64,000 bases of DNA from Gemmatimonadaceae bacterium (lineage in GTDB: Bacteria > Gemmatimonadota > Gemmatimonadetes > Gemmatimonadales > Gemmatimonadaceae). The notes under the pieces are model-generated. The model had not been told where the DNA came from and did no database searches. It was given only the letters and a program-made list of their open reading frames with translations. Below, piece by piece: positions 27,511 through 38,618 of this stretch. The DNA is taken from contig DATCIJ010000073.1 in the NCBI GenBank assembly GCA_036507855.1, positions 4,433-68,432 of the forward strand, in the 5' to 3' direction. The position numbers and the translations under genes were made by a program. Within the stretch, counting starts at the first letter, position 1; every line of letters begins with the position of its first letter.

Positions 27511-28503
27511 TTCTCGCGCCGTCTGGACGTCGTCCTTGCTCCCGATGTACAGCGGCGTCCGCTGGTGAAGCTCGTCAGGCATGATGTTGAGGATATCAGT
27601 CCTGCCGTCCGTGGCCGCGCCTCCCGCGGCCTCAACCACGAACGCCAGCGGGTTCGCCTCGTACAGCAGCCGGAGCTTGCCGTGCGGACTCTGTGTGTTG
27701 GCCGGATACGCGAACAGCCCGCCGCCGAGGAGGTTCCGGTGAAAATCCGCGACGAGTGAGCCGACGTACCGCGAGTTCATCGGCTTCTGCACGCCGTCGA
27801 GTCCGCGATAGCGCCGCATGAGCGCCTTCACACGGTCATCCCAGTTCTGTTCGTACCCGCTGTTCACCGAGAGATACCGTCCGCGCGCCGGGATCTGGAT
27901 GTACGGGTGCGAGAGCAGGAACTCGCCGATCGACGGATCGAGCGTGAAGCCATGGACGCCCTGCCCCGTCGTATACACCATCATCGTGCTCGACCCGTAG
28001 ATGACGTAGCCGGCGGCGACCTGTCGGCGGCCCGGCTGCAGCATGTCCTCGAGGTTCCCGTGGTTCCCGCGTGTGATCTTCTTGAGCACCGAGAAGATCG
28101 TGCCGACCGGGACGTTCACGTCGATGTTCGACGATCCGTCGAGCGGGTCGAACAGCAGGACGTACTTCCCGCACTTGAATTCGTCGGGAATGGGGATGAT
28201 GTCCGGCTCTTCCTCCGACGCCATCGCCGCCAGCCGTCCCGTGTGGTCCATTGCCTTCACGATGATCTCGTTGGCAAAGACATCGAGCTTCTGCTGGATT
28301 TCGCCCTGCACGTTCGTGGAGTCGAGGGCGCCAAGGATGTCGACCAGCCCCGCCCGACGGACCTTGCTCGAAATCATCTTCGCTGCCAGGCAGACGTCGT
28401 ACAGGATGCCCGACAGCTCGCCCGTCGCCTCGGGGTACAACTTCTCCTGCTCGATGATGTAGCGCTCGATCGTGACGACTGAGGTCGCGGTGTGCTTGAC
28501 CAC
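27493..28503 (-). CDS. fbp: fructose-1,6-bisphosphatase class I
   Basis: [11 protein letters not shown] and [12 protein letters not shown] metal-site motifs. Start placed at GTG 28503 (336 aa). The track start at 28629 would overlap the comEC 3' end. Confidence 0.85.
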   Translation of the reverse strand: MVKHTATSVVTIERYIIEQEKLYPEATGELSGILYDVCLAAKMISSKVRRAGLVDILGALDSTNVQGEIQQKLDVFANEIIVKAMDHTGRLAAMASEEEPDIIPIPDEFKCGKYVLLFDPLDGSSNIDVNVPVGTIFSVLKKITRGNHGNLEDMLQPGRRQVAAGYVIYGSSTMMVYTTGQGVHGFTLDPSIGEFLLSHPYIQIPARGRYLSVNSGYEQNWDDRVKALMRRYRGLDGVQKPMNSRYVGSLVADFHRNLLGGGLFAYPANTQSPHGKLRLLYEANPLAFVVEAAGGAATDGRTDILNIMPDELHQRTPLYIGSKDDVQTAREVLRES

Positions 28504-28577
28504 TGGCGGCCCTGGCTGGGGTATCGGGTTCGGCGACTGAAACTGACCCGTAATGCAAAACCCGTGCAAGGGCAGAA

Positions 28578-30818
28578 TCAGCCGGGTCCCGGCCGCAGAA
28601 CCGCTGGCCGCGAACGCCGCAACGTCCATCGAGAGTCTTCGGTTGAGACTTGCAGATTGTCGGTGCCGTCAATGCCGACAACGATTGATCCGCCGTCGTC
28701 CGTCCGCAGCGCCTGCGCCCCACGCGACCGCAACGCGCCGAGCACCTCGGGACTTGGATGTCCATATCTGTTGCCCGCGCCAACGCTCACCAGGGCGAGC
28801 CGGGGTTCAACGGCCTCCAGCAACGGAGGCGTCGTGCTCGTTGCGCTCCCATGGTGCCCGACCTTCAGCACATCGGCCCGAAGGGTCCGCCCGAATCGCC
28901 GCGCCAGTCGGGCCTCGACGTCGCGTTCGGCGTCGCCCGTCAGGAGAATGCGGACACCGCGGTACTCCGCCATCACCACTACGGACGCCGCATTGGCGTC
29001 GGGCGCTCCGGCAATCTCCGCTGAATCCGGGGACAGCACTGTGAGGCGCACGCCGTCGATTTCGATCGCACCACCCGCCCGCGCCGCGCGCCAGGGCACT
29101 CCCCGCTCACGCGCGGCATCGAGTACGCCCTCGTACACGCTGCTACCCTGCGGGAAGCCTCCGTCCCAGAGAAAGGCCACCGGCAACCTGCGGATCACCG
29201 ACGCCGCTCCACCGATATGATCGGCATGCGGATGCGAGAGAATGAAGGCCGCGATTTCGCCGCCTCGCCGGCGGAGGTACGGCACGACGACGCGTTCGCC
29301 GACGTCTCCCTCCCGCCATTGGTCGCCGGCATCAACGAGTATCCATCGCCAGCGAGGCGTGCGCAGGGCAATCGCGTCACCCTGTCCGACGTCGATCATG
29401 TGCAGCTCCAGTCGCGAACCCGGCAGACGCACGACCGGCCACCACAGCGCTACGCACAGGGCGGATGCCGAGACCAGCGCCGGTCGTCCCCAGTGGCGTG
29501 AGGCACAGGCCGCGAGCAGTGATGCCGATGCGGCCGCAAGCAACGCCGCGGTCACCGCGCTTGGCTGCACATCCAGCGCCGATGCGGGTATCGCCGCGCC
29601 GATGACCCCGACCTTCTCGATGCCCGCCAGGAGCACTCGTGTGCCGTCCGCGAGAAGCGCCGCCACTGCTCGAACCGGGGCCAATGCCAGCGAAAGAAAC
29701 AGGACCGGCTGCGCCAGGCCGAACAGCGGCGCCGCGGCGAGGTTCGTCAGCGGCGCCGCGAGACTCACGCGCCCGAAGTGCCACGCAACAATCGGCGCGG
29801 TCACCGCGCTCGCCACGATCGTGGCCAGCACCTCACGCGCCAGACGACGGCTCCACTCCGGCACTCGATCCAGGGGCAGGCGCCGTGAGAGCCTGCCGCT
29901 TGCGATGAGTCCGGCCATGCCGGCCACGCTCAGGTGATACCCGATTTCGTTCACCACCCGCGGCTGGATCAACGGCAATGCGGCTCCCAGTGCGAGGAGC
30001 GCCCACGGGGATGTCGGCCGCTGCAGTCGTCGTGACAGGACCAGCGCCGCGTACATCGCGGCCGAACGCACGGCGGGCGACGGCGCGCCCACGAAGAGAA
30101 CGAACGCGGCAATGGTAATCGTCGCCGCCAGCTCCGCGCGACGCGTGGATGCGCCGGCAATCATCAGCACCAGCACGACTCCCTCGGCGAGCACCGCGAC
30201 ATGCAACCCCGAAACCGAAAGCATGTGGATGATGCCGGCGTCGGCGAACTGGCGGCGGATTTCCGGCGCGATGTCGCGCTCATCGGCGATGAGGAGGGCG
30301 CGAGCCAATGGCGCCTGGTCGCCGTAGAGCAAATCGATCGTCGCGCCGGCTCTGGTCCTCCAGCGCGCCAGGATTCCCGGTCCCTGCTCGACCCTGACGC
30401 GAGCCTCAGCCATCGAGACGCGCGCGCCTTCCCGGCGGGCCTCCCCTCGCGCATGAACCGTCGCGCCGGCCGGTGCGGAGCCACTGGTTACCCGGATCCG
30501 GATCGGCACCCGGCATCCGCTGCCTAACGCAAACCCGCGTGCACTGGCGCCCGGTTTGGCTTCCTCACGAAGCCGGACAGTGGCATACCCATTGGCTTCC
30601 AGCGCGACGGCGCAGCTGATATCGGCGCGAGCGACACTCCAGCCGGTCAGGCTGCCAGCCGCGGCCAGCCCGGCGAGCGACACGCCTTCGAGCGATCGAC
30701 GCCAGATCGCGACGGCAGCCGCGAGAACCGCCCCACCCACGGCTGGAAAGACTGCGCCGCCAGACCCCATGAGGAGCCCGGCGGCGACGGCGACATACGC
30801 CAGGGTCACCAGCGGCAC
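28578..30818 (-). CDS. comEC: DNA internalization competence protein ComEC/Rec2 (with metallo-beta-lactamase domain)
   Basis: Polytopic competence domain ([14 protein letters not shown]) plus C-terminal MBL motif [15 protein letters not shown] start. Confidence 0.85.
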   Translation of the reverse strand: MPLVTLAYVAVAAGLLMGSGGAVFPAVGGAVLAAAVAIWRRSLEGVSLAGLAAAGSLTGWSVARADISCAVALEANGYATVRLREEAKPGASARGFALGSGCRVPIRIRVTSGSAPAGATVHARGEARREGARVSMAEARVRVEQGPGILARWRTRAGATIDLLYGDQAPLARALLIADERDIAPEIRRQFADAGIIHMLSVSGLHVAVLAEGVVLVLMIAGASTRRAELAATITIAAFVLFVGAPSPAVRSAAMYAALVLSRRLQRPTSPWALLALGAALPLIQPRVVNEIGYHLSVAGMAGLIASGRLSRRLPLDRVPEWSRRLAREVLATIVASAVTAPIVAWHFGRVSLAAPLTNLAAAPLFGLAQPVLFLSLALAPVRAVAALLADGTRVLLAGIEKVGVIGAAIPASALDVQPSAVTAALLAAASASLLAACASRHWGRPALVSASALCVALWWPVVRLPGSRLELHMIDVGQGDAIALRTPRWRWILVDAGDQWREGDVGERVVVPYLRRRGGEIAAFILSHPHADHIGGAASVIRRLPVAFLWDGGFPQGSSVYEGVLDAARERGVPWRAARAGGAIEIDGVRLTVLSPDSAEIAGAPDANAASVVVMAEYRGVRILLTGDAERDVEARLARRFGRTLRADVLKVGHHGSATSTTPPLLEAVEPRLALVSVGAGNRYGHPSPEVLGALRSRGAQALRTDDGGSIVVGIDGTDNLQVSTEDSRWTLRRSRPAVLRPGPG

Positions 30819-30830
30819 CGCCCACCTCCG

Positions 30831-31130
30831 TTAACGCACGGCGCCTCCCTGTGCGACAAAACCTTCAGGACCGTGCTGGGGATTCCGTTGAACACGGCGC
30901 ATGGCTTCGAGCACCAGCACCGCCACCTCCGCCTGGGCCTGGTCCCGTGTCAGCGCCACGCGCGTTACCGCTGACCCGATAGCGGCCCCGGAGATGTACC
31001 TGGGCCTAGCTTGGTTCAGCGCGAGCGTGATTACATCATCCTGGCATTTCGAGCAGTGGCAATATCCCGCCTCCATGTCGCGGAGGCGGCAGAAGACTTC
31101 GTGCACGGATTCTTCGAGAACGTTTTGCAT
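30831..31130 (-). CDS. comFB: ComFB-family (late competence development) protein
   Basis: MQNVLEESVHEVF...GYCHCSKCQDDVITLALNQARPRYI matches the C-x-C-x2-C...D...LN...P-x-Y pattern I associate with ComFB. Alternative start at 31166. Confidence 0.6.
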   Translation of the reverse strand: MQNVLEESVHEVFCRLRDMEAGYCHCSKCQDDVITLALNQARPRYISGAAIGSAVTRVALTRDQAQAEVAVLVLEAMRRVQRNPQHGPEGFVAQGGAVR

Positions 31131-31263
31131 TGGTCCAGCCGGTTGGGCCGCGGCGTGGTACGCCACGGGCTCACTCCTTAGACGCCCCGGGCAGAAGGAG
31201 GTAAGGCGGACCCCGACGCTGGCGCGGGAAACGTGAGCTGCCTCACAACCGCGGCGCCCAGAC

Positions 31264-32628
31264 TCAGGCGAGTCCTGACGTCTGGGTGGCCACCGGCAGG
31301 GGAATCCGCTCCGGCACCGGCGTGCCGGTGAACGTCGACCCCGTCGTCCCGGTGAGCTCCACGGTGAGATACCGGCCGATCATCGAATCGGAACCCGGGA
31401 TCAACACGGTCTTGAAGTCGCGGGTACGGGTCTGCAACAACTCGCCACGGCGGGCGGCACGCTCGACGAGCACTTCGCGGCGCTGTCCGAGCAGCCCGAG
31501 GTTCCGGCGCCGCGCGTTGACCCGCACCAGCGTAATCAGCCGATCCAGGCGCTCGGTGGCCACATCGTCGGGCACCGTGTCGGACTCCGGGAGTCGCGTC
31601 GCCGCGGTGCCTTCACGCGGCGAGAACTTGAAGGTGAACGCGTCGTCGAATCCGACCTCTTCCACCGCCGACAGCGTCTCCGCGAAGTCGGCCTCGGATT
31701 CGCCGGGGAATCCGACAATGATGTCCGTCGTCAGGCAGAGACCCGGAATGGCGTCACGCAGGCGGCGCACGCAGTCGAGATACCCTTCCCTCGTGTACCG
31801 GCGGAGCATTCGCCGCAGAACACGCGTCGAGCCGGACTGCATGGGCAGGTGCACGTGCTCGCACACGGCCTCTACCCCGGCCATCGCCGCAACCACCTCA
31901 TCCGGGAAGTCATTCGGATGCGGACTGGTGAAGCGCACGCGCCTGATGCCCTGCACGCGGCCAACGGCGCGCAACAGCGCCGCGAAATCAGCTTCACCGT
32001 CATGGTAGGAGTTCACCGTCTGGCCCAGCAGCACGACTTCGCTGATCCCTTCCGACGCGACCGCCTCCACCTCGCGAACGACGTCAACCAGCCGGCGGCT
32101 GCGCTCAGATCCACGCGTCATCGGCACGATGCAGTATGTGCACCGATAGTCGCAGCCGCGCTGCACCGGAATCCACGCCTTCACGCGGTCGAACCGCCTT
32201 GGCGTGAAATCCTCGTAATGCTCCTCGAGGTCGAAGGTCGTCTCGATGGCGCGCTCGCCCGTCCTGGCGCGATCGAGCAATGCCGGCAGCGCGCGATACC
32301 CGTCGGGCCCGATCACCAGGCTGACGTGGCGCGCCCGCTCGAGCAGCGTCGGCCCCATGCGCTGCGCCATGCACCCGGTGACGCCCACCACCGCCGTCGG
32401 CTTCATCACGCCCTTCAATTCCCCGAGACGTCCCAGCACACGCTGCTCAGCGTGGTCGCGGATAGCGCAGGTATTCAGCAGGATGACGTCTGCTTCCTGG
32501 GGCGTCGCCGCCTCTTCGTAGCCATCCGCGGTCAACCGCCCGAGCATCAACTCGGAGTCGCTGACGTTCATCTGGCAGCCGTACGTTTCCACGTACACGC
32601 GGCCCTTTGTCGTCGGCATGGCGTTCAC
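31264..32628 (-). CDS. miaB: tRNA-i6A37 methylthiotransferase MiaB
   Basis: ETYGCQMN (UPF0004 domain), radical-SAM CDYRCTYCIVP, TRAM C-terminus. GTG 32628 or ATG 32619. Confidence 0.9.
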   Translation of the reverse strand: MNAMPTTKGRVYVETYGCQMNVSDSELMLGRLTADGYEEAATPQEADVILLNTCAIRDHAEQRVLGRLGELKGVMKPTAVVGVTGCMAQRMGPTLLERARHVSLVIGPDGYRALPALLDRARTGERAIETTFDLEEHYEDFTPRRFDRVKAWIPVQRGCDYRCTYCIVPMTRGSERSRRLVDVVREVEAVASEGISEVVLLGQTVNSYHDGEADFAALLRAVGRVQGIRRVRFTSPHPNDFPDEVVAAMAGVEAVCEHVHLPMQSGSTRVLRRMLRRYTREGYLDCVRRLRDAIPGLCLTTDIIVGFPGESEADFAETLSAVEEVGFDDAFTFKFSPREGTAATRLPESDTVPDDVATERLDRLITLVRVNARRRNLGLLGQRREVLVERAARRGELLQTRTRDFKTVLIPGSDSMIGRYLTVELTGTTGSTFTGTPVPERIPLPVATQTSGLA

Positions 32629-32632
32629 GGGA

Positions 32633-33856
32633 TCAGGCGGGAGTGGCAGTGAGACGACCGCGCCCTTGTGCGAGACGGGCGGTCAGACGGGTACCACGCG
32701 GGAGCCGCGGCCCGTCGAGTTCGACCTGAAGATAGTCCTCGGTCAGGCCTTCGCGACGGTCGGCGCGGACCACGATGACATCGGCCGTTCCCCCGGCGCG
32801 CCTGTCACGATGAGCCGACGCCAGCGTTTCTCCGGCCGCGCGAAGCTCTGCCGAGCGAGCCCGCGCGGCGCCGGTGTCGACCTGCCCGGAAAGCCTCGTG
32901 GCGGCGGTCCCTGGACGCGCCGAATACGGAAACACGTGCAGGTACGTGAACGGCAACGACTGGACGAAGGCGACGGTTTCGCGGTGATCTGCATCGCTTT
33001 CGCCGGGGAAGCCGGCGATGACATCGGCGCCCAGGCCGAACACCGTTCGATCTCGCACGATGCGCTCCACGGCCCGTGCGTAGCTCGAACTGGTGTACCA
33101 GTGGCGACCCATTCGCCTGAGCACGCGATCCGAGCCGGACTGCAACGGGGCGTGGAGATGAGGCGCCACCCGCGCCGGCTCGCCGAACAGTTCCCGCAAC
33201 CCGTCGTCCACTTCGGTGGCCTCGACCGACGAGAGCCGGAACCGCACCAGGGGCACCTCACGCACCAGGCGCTGCACCAGCATGCCTAACGCACCGCCGA
33301 TATCCTGTCCCCAGGTGCCGATGTGAATGCCGGTCAGGACGATTTCCGGATGGCGGACCGCCAGTCTTCTCGCCTCTTCCACGAGGTCATCCGCCGGACG
33401 CGATCGATTGACGCCGCGAGCCAGCGTCGTCGCGCAAAACGTGCAGTGTTCGTCGCAGCCTTCCTGAATGCGCAGCAGCGCCCGCGTACCCTGCTGCGCC
33501 AGCGCGCCGCCGCCCGCTCGCGGCCTGAGCCCGAGGGATTCGGCCACGCCCAGCGCATCTCCGCCGGGAATGACCGCGGACACGGTCGGCAGCGTCGCCA
33601 GCTGCCCGTCGTCCAGGGCCGCCGCGCATCCCATCACCACGGTCCGCAGCCTCGCATTGCTGCGCGCCGCCCGCCGGATCCCTTTCCGCAACTCGACTTC
33701 GGCCTCGGCCGTCACCGCGCAGCTGTTGAAGACGGCGGTGTCTGCGTCCGACGGATCATCCACGATGGTGCCGCCGTCGCCTTCCACCAGCGCGCGTACC
33801 TGTTCGCTGTCGTACTGGTTGGCACGGCAACCGTAGGTGCGCAGGTAGACCCTCAC
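32633..33856 (-). CDS. mtaB: radical-SAM methylthiotransferase, MtaB-like
   Basis: RTYGCRANQYDSE and CDEHCTFCAT motifs. GTG start overlaps the upstream kinase stop (GTGA). Confidence 0.8.
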   Translation of the reverse strand: MRVYLRTYGCRANQYDSEQVRALVEGDGGTIVDDPSDADTAVFNSCAVTAEAEVELRKGIRRAARSNARLRTVVMGCAAALDDGQLATLPTVSAVIPGGDALGVAESLGLRPRAGGGALAQQGTRALLRIQEGCDEHCTFCATTLARGVNRSRPADDLVEEARRLAVRHPEIVLTGIHIGTWGQDIGGALGMLVQRLVREVPLVRFRLSSVEATEVDDGLRELFGEPARVAPHLHAPLQSGSDRVLRRMGRHWYTSSSYARAVERIVRDRTVFGLGADVIAGFPGESDADHRETVAFVQSLPFTYLHVFPYSARPGTAATRLSGQVDTGAARARSAELRAAGETLASAHRDRRAGGTADVIVVRADRREGLTEDYLQVELDGPRLPRGTRLTARLAQGRGRLTATPA

Positions 33857-34563
33857 TGGTCCTGCTCCAGCGCCTGACGAGTGAGCACGACCGCGGCCGG
33901 CAGCTCAACCATGAATGTCGCCCCTCGTTCCCCCGGACGAAGTGCAATGGTTCCATCCATCGCGGCGAGAGCGGCGCGGCAGTAGGCGAGGCCCAGTCCG
34001 TTGGTACGATGGGAGCCGGCAGCCCCCAGCGTGACGAAGGGATCGAAGATGCGCTCCGCGTCCGCTGCCCGAACGCCGGGCCCATCGTCCGCCACGATGA
34101 TCCGTACGACATCGTCGGCGCGCTGGGCGCCCATTGTCACCGACACGTCCGGACCCGCATGGACCAGAGCGTTCATCAGCAGGTTATCGAACACGCGCCG
34201 CAGCACGTCGACATCCGCCACGACGTCGGGAACGTCGGATGCGACGACGCTCGTCAGGCGGGGAAGTCGCAGGTTCCACTCCGCCCGGATGTCGCGAAGG
34301 AAGGCGGTAAGATCCAGGGGCACGGCCTGTATGGCGAATGCCGGGGACCGGGTTCGCCCAAGCTCGAGCAACTCATCGATCATCCGCACCAGTCCAGCGC
34401 CCTGCGCTTCCATCGCGCTCACCGCGCTGTGCTGGTCGGCGTTCAGTTCGCCCAGGTCGCCGTCGGACAGCATTTCCAGCGACGCCATGATGCCGGTCAG
34501 CGGCGCTTTCAGGTTGTGGACGAGCATTTGCTCGAACGCAAGGCGCTCGACGTCGGCCATCAT
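33853..34563 (-). CDS. histidine kinase core only (HisKA + HATPase_c, no sensor or TM region)
   Basis: H-box VHNLKAPLTGI, N-box LLMNALVHAG, G-boxes DDGPGV and GLGLAYC. 236 aa. Confidence 0.8.
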   Translation of the reverse strand: MMADVERLAFEQMLVHNLKAPLTGIMASLEMLSDGDLGELNADQHSAVSAMEAQGAGLVRMIDELLELGRTRSPAFAIQAVPLDLTAFLRDIRAEWNLRLPRLTSVVASDVPDVVADVDVLRRVFDNLLMNALVHAGPDVSVTMGAQRADDVVRIIVADDGPGVRAADAERIFDPFVTLGAAGSHRTNGLGLAYCRAALAAMDGTIALRPGERGATFMVELPAAVVLTRQALEQDQ

Positions 34564-35697
34564 TCAGGGCCTGACCGTGAACCCCAGGCTGATGATCCAG
34601 GCGCGCTCCGAGACGCCAGCCACCGGACCGCGAGTGGCGTGCTGCAGCGCCATGTCCAGGACAACACGAGGTCCCGCAAGCGGAATTCCCGCGCCTCCTG
34701 AGTAGAAGCGCTCCGGAACGACCTCTCCGGCGATCGAAAACGGCAGGTCGCGGCGTCGATAGCCAAGGTAGAGAAGCGCCGGGACCGCACGAAACTTGGG
34801 CCCCGCCATCTCGAGTCCGGCGCCCACCTCCCACGTGTCATTCGCCGTCAGCGTCGTCTGCGAGAGCTCGCCCAGGCTCGACCACTGGGTGCGCTCGACC
34901 GAGATGGCCACGCTCGCGCCTGGCAACCCGTCGAAGCGCACGCCGGCGCCGAATCGGTTGGGCATGCTCCCGCTGGCTATGAGCGTGTCGGCGATACGGA
35001 TATCGAGGTTACCGCCGCTCCGAACCGACGCCGCCAGGGCAAGGCGCGGATGCGGTCTCCAGGTGGCGCCCGCGGAAAAGGCGTTGCCGAGATACCCGAT
35101 GGTCAGTTGCCTGATGAGCGTTCCATACCGGAGGCTGTCATCGAACTGTCGCGTGAGGCTCATCCGGTTCTCGCCGGTGAACCCGTGCAGGCCGATGCCT
35201 ATCGAGAAGCTCGGGCGTACCGAGTAGGAAACGCCGAGCCGCACGTCGTTGATCGCGCCGGCGGACTCGACGCGCTCCTCGTATCCCACGGAGTCGGGAC
35301 CCAATATCTGGCCGCCGCGGATTCGCGTCGCCCACGTCCGGTCCAGGAGCGTCGACGACGTCAGCGTCCCCATGGCGCGCGACCCGAGTTGCATCCCGGC
35401 CATCCAGATGGGGAATCGCGCCGTCATGGTGTTGTCGGCCGACGGACCGGCCACCACGCGCCGGTACTCGGGCTCGTACTGGAAGTACAGACCGCCCCGG
35501 CCCCATCCGAGCGTGGACGACGGATTCCGGGGCGACGAGAAGTCGAACTCGCCGAAGGCTCCGCCGGCAGCCGCGGCACGCGTGCTCAGACCACCGGTCG
35601 GGTATCCGAAGCCCTGCGTGCTGATGCTCCCCTGCGCGGAAGTGATCGCGGGAACAAGGACCAGGGCGGTCATGGTGAGCAGGAGTCGGCGCATCAT
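34564..35697 (-). CDS. outer-membrane beta-barrel protein (FadL/OMPP1-like, tentative)
   Basis: Signal peptide MMRRLLLTMTALVLVPAITSAQG, alternating beta-strand pattern, C-terminal ...IISLGFTVRP. ATG 35697 overlaps the upstream stop (ATGA). Confidence 0.5.
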   Translation of the reverse strand: MMRRLLLTMTALVLVPAITSAQGSISTQGFGYPTGGLSTRAAAAGGAFGEFDFSSPRNPSSTLGWGRGGLYFQYEPEYRRVVAGPSADNTMTARFPIWMAGMQLGSRAMGTLTSSTLLDRTWATRIRGGQILGPDSVGYEERVESAGAINDVRLGVSYSVRPSFSIGIGLHGFTGENRMSLTRQFDDSLRYGTLIRQLTIGYLGNAFSAGATWRPHPRLALAASVRSGGNLDIRIADTLIASGSMPNRFGAGVRFDGLPGASVAISVERTQWSSLGELSQTTLTANDTWEVGAGLEMAGPKFRAVPALLYLGYRRRDLPFSIAGEVVPERFYSGGAGIPLAGPRVVLDMALQHATRGPVAGVSERAWIISLGFTVRP

Positions 35698-36992
35698 GGT
35701 ATCCCGAAGCTCCGGACGGGGGAGTAGCTCACCCGGAGCCGTGGCCGCAGATTCGCCGCGGCACGGCTCGAGTAGAAGGAAACGAACCGCGGGTCGACCG
35801 ACTCGGGTCCGGCCCGCAGAACGATCCCCCGTTGCGCTGAAACCGAGATGGGCAGGCTCCACGCCCGCAGGGCGTTCACGATTTCGATCTGCCTGACGCC
35901 GCTGTCGCCCGGGGCAAACCGCACCGAATCGAAGCCGGCGCCAGGCGCGTTGGTGAGGAACGCCGACCGCCCGACGTCGGTGATGTTCTTCCCGGCCGTG
36001 ACGACCAGCGGGAAGATCGTGAGTTGGCTCGTGTCGTCGACGCTCTCGACCGGCCGCTGGGTCAGCTCGAGCGTCGCGCGGAGCACGTTGGAGGAGTCGA
36101 GGATCCGCGCCGGGATGTTGAATCGGATGAGCGTCCGCCGTCCGGGAATCCCGCCGACGGTCAGGAACGAGCCGTCAGGGACCGCGGGGAAACTGAAGAC
36201 GTGGACGTAATCCGTCAGATCTGCCGCGAGCGTCACCTGGGAGCGAGGTACTACCGACCGAGGGAAGATGGTGAGCGCGCGAAAGGCCGTGTCGGCGCTG
36301 GGCAGGAATCGCAACACCGGCGGATCGCCGCCTTCGTAGGCTACGATCCGGATCTGCACCGGTCCCGCGCTGGTGGCTCGCAGGCCAAGCCGCAGTCGCT
36401 GCTGGCCAGTGATCTTGTTGATCAGCGTCAGGCTGTCGATGGGGATGCGTATAGAGTCAGTGATCGCCGCCGTATCGAGCGTGATCAACCCGATGCGGCG
36501 GTCGTCGCGGAAAAGCTGCCGTTCGATGGCGGTCGACGTGTCGTTCCTCGCGAACGCGGAATCGCCGGTCGTCGTATCGACGTCAAACACCTCGAACGTC
36601 ACCGGCTGCGTGAACACCGAGCTGGCGCGGTTGATCCGCAACTTCACGTACGGGCTGTCGATCACCTGGATGACCGTGTCCCCCGTCGCCGACCCCGAGT
36701 TGTAGTAGATCGGGAGCGAGTCGAACCGGATCACGGGTCGCGTGTCCACCGTATCGCCGCGGCGCGCGAGGAGCAGTTCCGTCTCCGTGCCCTGGGTGGG
36801 GAACCCGGTCACCGTCGTATCGAGTTCGACCGGATCGAACGTGGTGTCGAAGACGACGACGTTCTGCTCCGGACACAGTGCGGGGCACGCCGCCCCGCCC
36901 TGAAAATCCTCGGCGCACGCGGCGAGAGTCCCGGCCACGACGAGCGCCAGGACGACCAGTGGCGGCCGCCACCCCGGCCCCGAAGTACGCAT
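35694..36992 (-). CDS. hypothetical lipoprotein
   Basis: MRTSGPGWRPPLVVLALVVAGTLAAC lipobox. No domain recognised (vaguely DUF4270-like). Alternative starts at 37001, 37013 and 37055. Confidence 0.5.
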   Translation of the reverse strand: MRTSGPGWRPPLVVLALVVAGTLAACAEDFQGGAACPALCPEQNVVVFDTTFDPVELDTTVTGFPTQGTETELLLARRGDTVDTRPVIRFDSLPIYYNSGSATGDTVIQVIDSPYVKLRINRASSVFTQPVTFEVFDVDTTTGDSAFARNDTSTAIERQLFRDDRRIGLITLDTAAITDSIRIPIDSLTLINKITGQQRLRLGLRATSAGPVQIRIVAYEGGDPPVLRFLPSADTAFRALTIFPRSVVPRSQVTLAADLTDYVHVFSFPAVPDGSFLTVGGIPGRRTLIRFNIPARILDSSNVLRATLELTQRPVESVDDTSQLTIFPLVVTAGKNITDVGRSAFLTNAPGAGFDSVRFAPGDSGVRQIEIVNALRAWSLPISVSAQRGIVLRAGPESVDPRFVSFYSSRAAANLRPRLRVSYSPVRSFGIP

Positions 36993-37026
36993 CGTCGCCA
37001 TCAGGGCGACCATCCTGTCCGACGCA

Positions 37027-37437
37027 TCATGTATTCGAGAGTGACGCTGGTGCAAAAGGTTGCGGCAGGAGCTCGCTCAATGCCCACTCCGCGCGCTTGC
37101 CGGCCGTGGTGATCGCCACCACGTGCAGCGAAGGAGCGAACTCAGCGAGCGCCTGACGACACATCCCGCACGGCGGCGTGGGCTCCGCGGCGTCCGTCGC
37201 GACGACGAGGAGATCGAAGTCGCGATGACCGGTGGCCACGGCTGCCGCCAACGCACCGCGTTCCGCGCACGTGCCCGCGGGGAATGCCGCGTTCTCGACG
37301 TTGCAGCCGGCGACCACCGTGCCATCCGTGGCGCGCAAGGCGGCACCGACGCGGAAGTGCGAGTACGGCGCATAGGCGTGCTGCAGCGCGGCCAGTGCGG
37401 CCGCGTCCGCATCGACTGCCTCACGCGATGGTGTCAC
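37027..37437 (-). CDS. cdd: cytidine deaminase
   Basis: CAERGA and PCGMCRQ zinc motifs. GTG 37437 (checked) overlaps the deoB stop (GTGA). Confidence 0.9.
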   Translation of the reverse strand: MTPSREAVDADAAALAALQHAYAPYSHFRVGAALRATDGTVVAGCNVENAAFPAGTCAERGALAAAVATGHRDFDLLVVATDAAEPTPPCGMCRQALAEFAPSLHVVAITTAGKRAEWALSELLPQPFAPASLSNT

Positions 37438-38618
37438 GCCATGATCTCCTGGAGAAACGAGGTCCCGCGCCCCCGAAACGATATCCCGAACCATTCGGCG
37501 ATCGTCGCGCCCAGGTCCGAGAACGTCGTGCGGTCGCCGAGACTCACCGCGTTGATCCTCCGCCCCGTCACGAGCAGGGGCACGCGCTCGCGCGCATGGT
37601 CTGTCGATGGAGTCGTCGGATCGTTGCCGTGGTCGGCCGTAATGGCCAGTAAATCACCGTCGCGGAGCCCAGCGAGAAGTCCCGGCAGTGCCGCATCGAA
37701 GTGCCGGAGCGCCCCGTAGAACCCCGCGACGTCATTCCTGTGCCCGTACAACTGGTCGAAATCTACAAGGTTGGCGAAGAGGAACCCACTGTGAGACACC
37801 TGCGGGTTGCTTGTTCCCCCGATCCACGACTGAATCCTCGCGATGCCATCGCGATTGTCGGCCGTGTGCTGTGACGAGATGCCGCGCCCGGCAAAGAGGT
37901 CATCGACCTTGCCAACGCCCTGCCGCTCGATACCGGCTGCCTGCAGGGCATCCAGCAGCGTCTCGCCGAGCGGCTCGAGCGAGAAGTCGCGGCGATGCTG
38001 CGTCCGGCGGTACGAGCCGGGCTCACCCGCGAACGGTCGCGCGATGACCCGCGACACGTTATGCGGTGGCGCAAGGATCACGCGGGCCGCGGCGCATGCC
38101 TGGTACAACTCCGTGAGCGGGACGATCGATTCGTGCGCCGCGACCTGGAAGACCGAGTCCGCGGACGTGTACACGATCCAGGCGCCGGTGGCGAAATGTT
38201 CCGCCGCGAATCGATCGATTAACACCGTCCCGCTTCCCGCCACGTTCCCCAGCACAGGCCTGCCGGTAACTCGAATGAACTCCTCGATCACCCGTGCCGG
38301 AAACCCGTTGGGATAGGTTGGGAAGGGGCGCTCGAGATGGAGACCCGCCAGCTCCCAGTGTCCCGTCGTTGAATCCTTGCCGGGCGAGGCCGGATGCATG
38401 ATACCCCACGCGCCGATCGCGGGGACGTCGTCGCGTATGCCACGAATCCGGAGCGCGCGTCCAAGACCAAGCGACTCCAGCGTCGGCAGGTCGGCACCGC
38501 CCACTGCCTCGGCCACGTTCGCCAGGGTGTTGCTGCCGGCATCGCCGTAGTCGTCCGCGTCACGCGCCGCACCGGCGCCGACGCCATCCAGCACGATCAG
38601 GATCGCGCGTCGGCTCAC
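37434..38618 (-). CDS. deoB: phosphopentomutase
   Basis: [20 protein letters not shown] metal-site motifs. GTG start overlaps the alr stop. Confidence 0.9.
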   Translation of the reverse strand: MSRRAILIVLDGVGAGAARDADDYGDAGSNTLANVAEAVGGADLPTLESLGLGRALRIRGIRDDVPAIGAWGIMHPASPGKDSTTGHWELAGLHLERPFPTYPNGFPARVIEEFIRVTGRPVLGNVAGSGTVLIDRFAAEHFATGAWIVYTSADSVFQVAAHESIVPLTELYQACAAARVILAPPHNVSRVIARPFAGEPGSYRRTQHRRDFSLEPLGETLLDALQAAGIERQGVGKVDDLFAGRGISSQHTADNRDGIARIQSWIGGTSNPQVSHSGFLFANLVDFDQLYGHRNDVAGFYGALRHFDAALPGLLAGLRDGDLLAITADHGNDPTTPSTDHARERVPLLVTGRRINAVSLGDRTTFSDLGATIAEWFGISFRGRGTSFLQEIMA

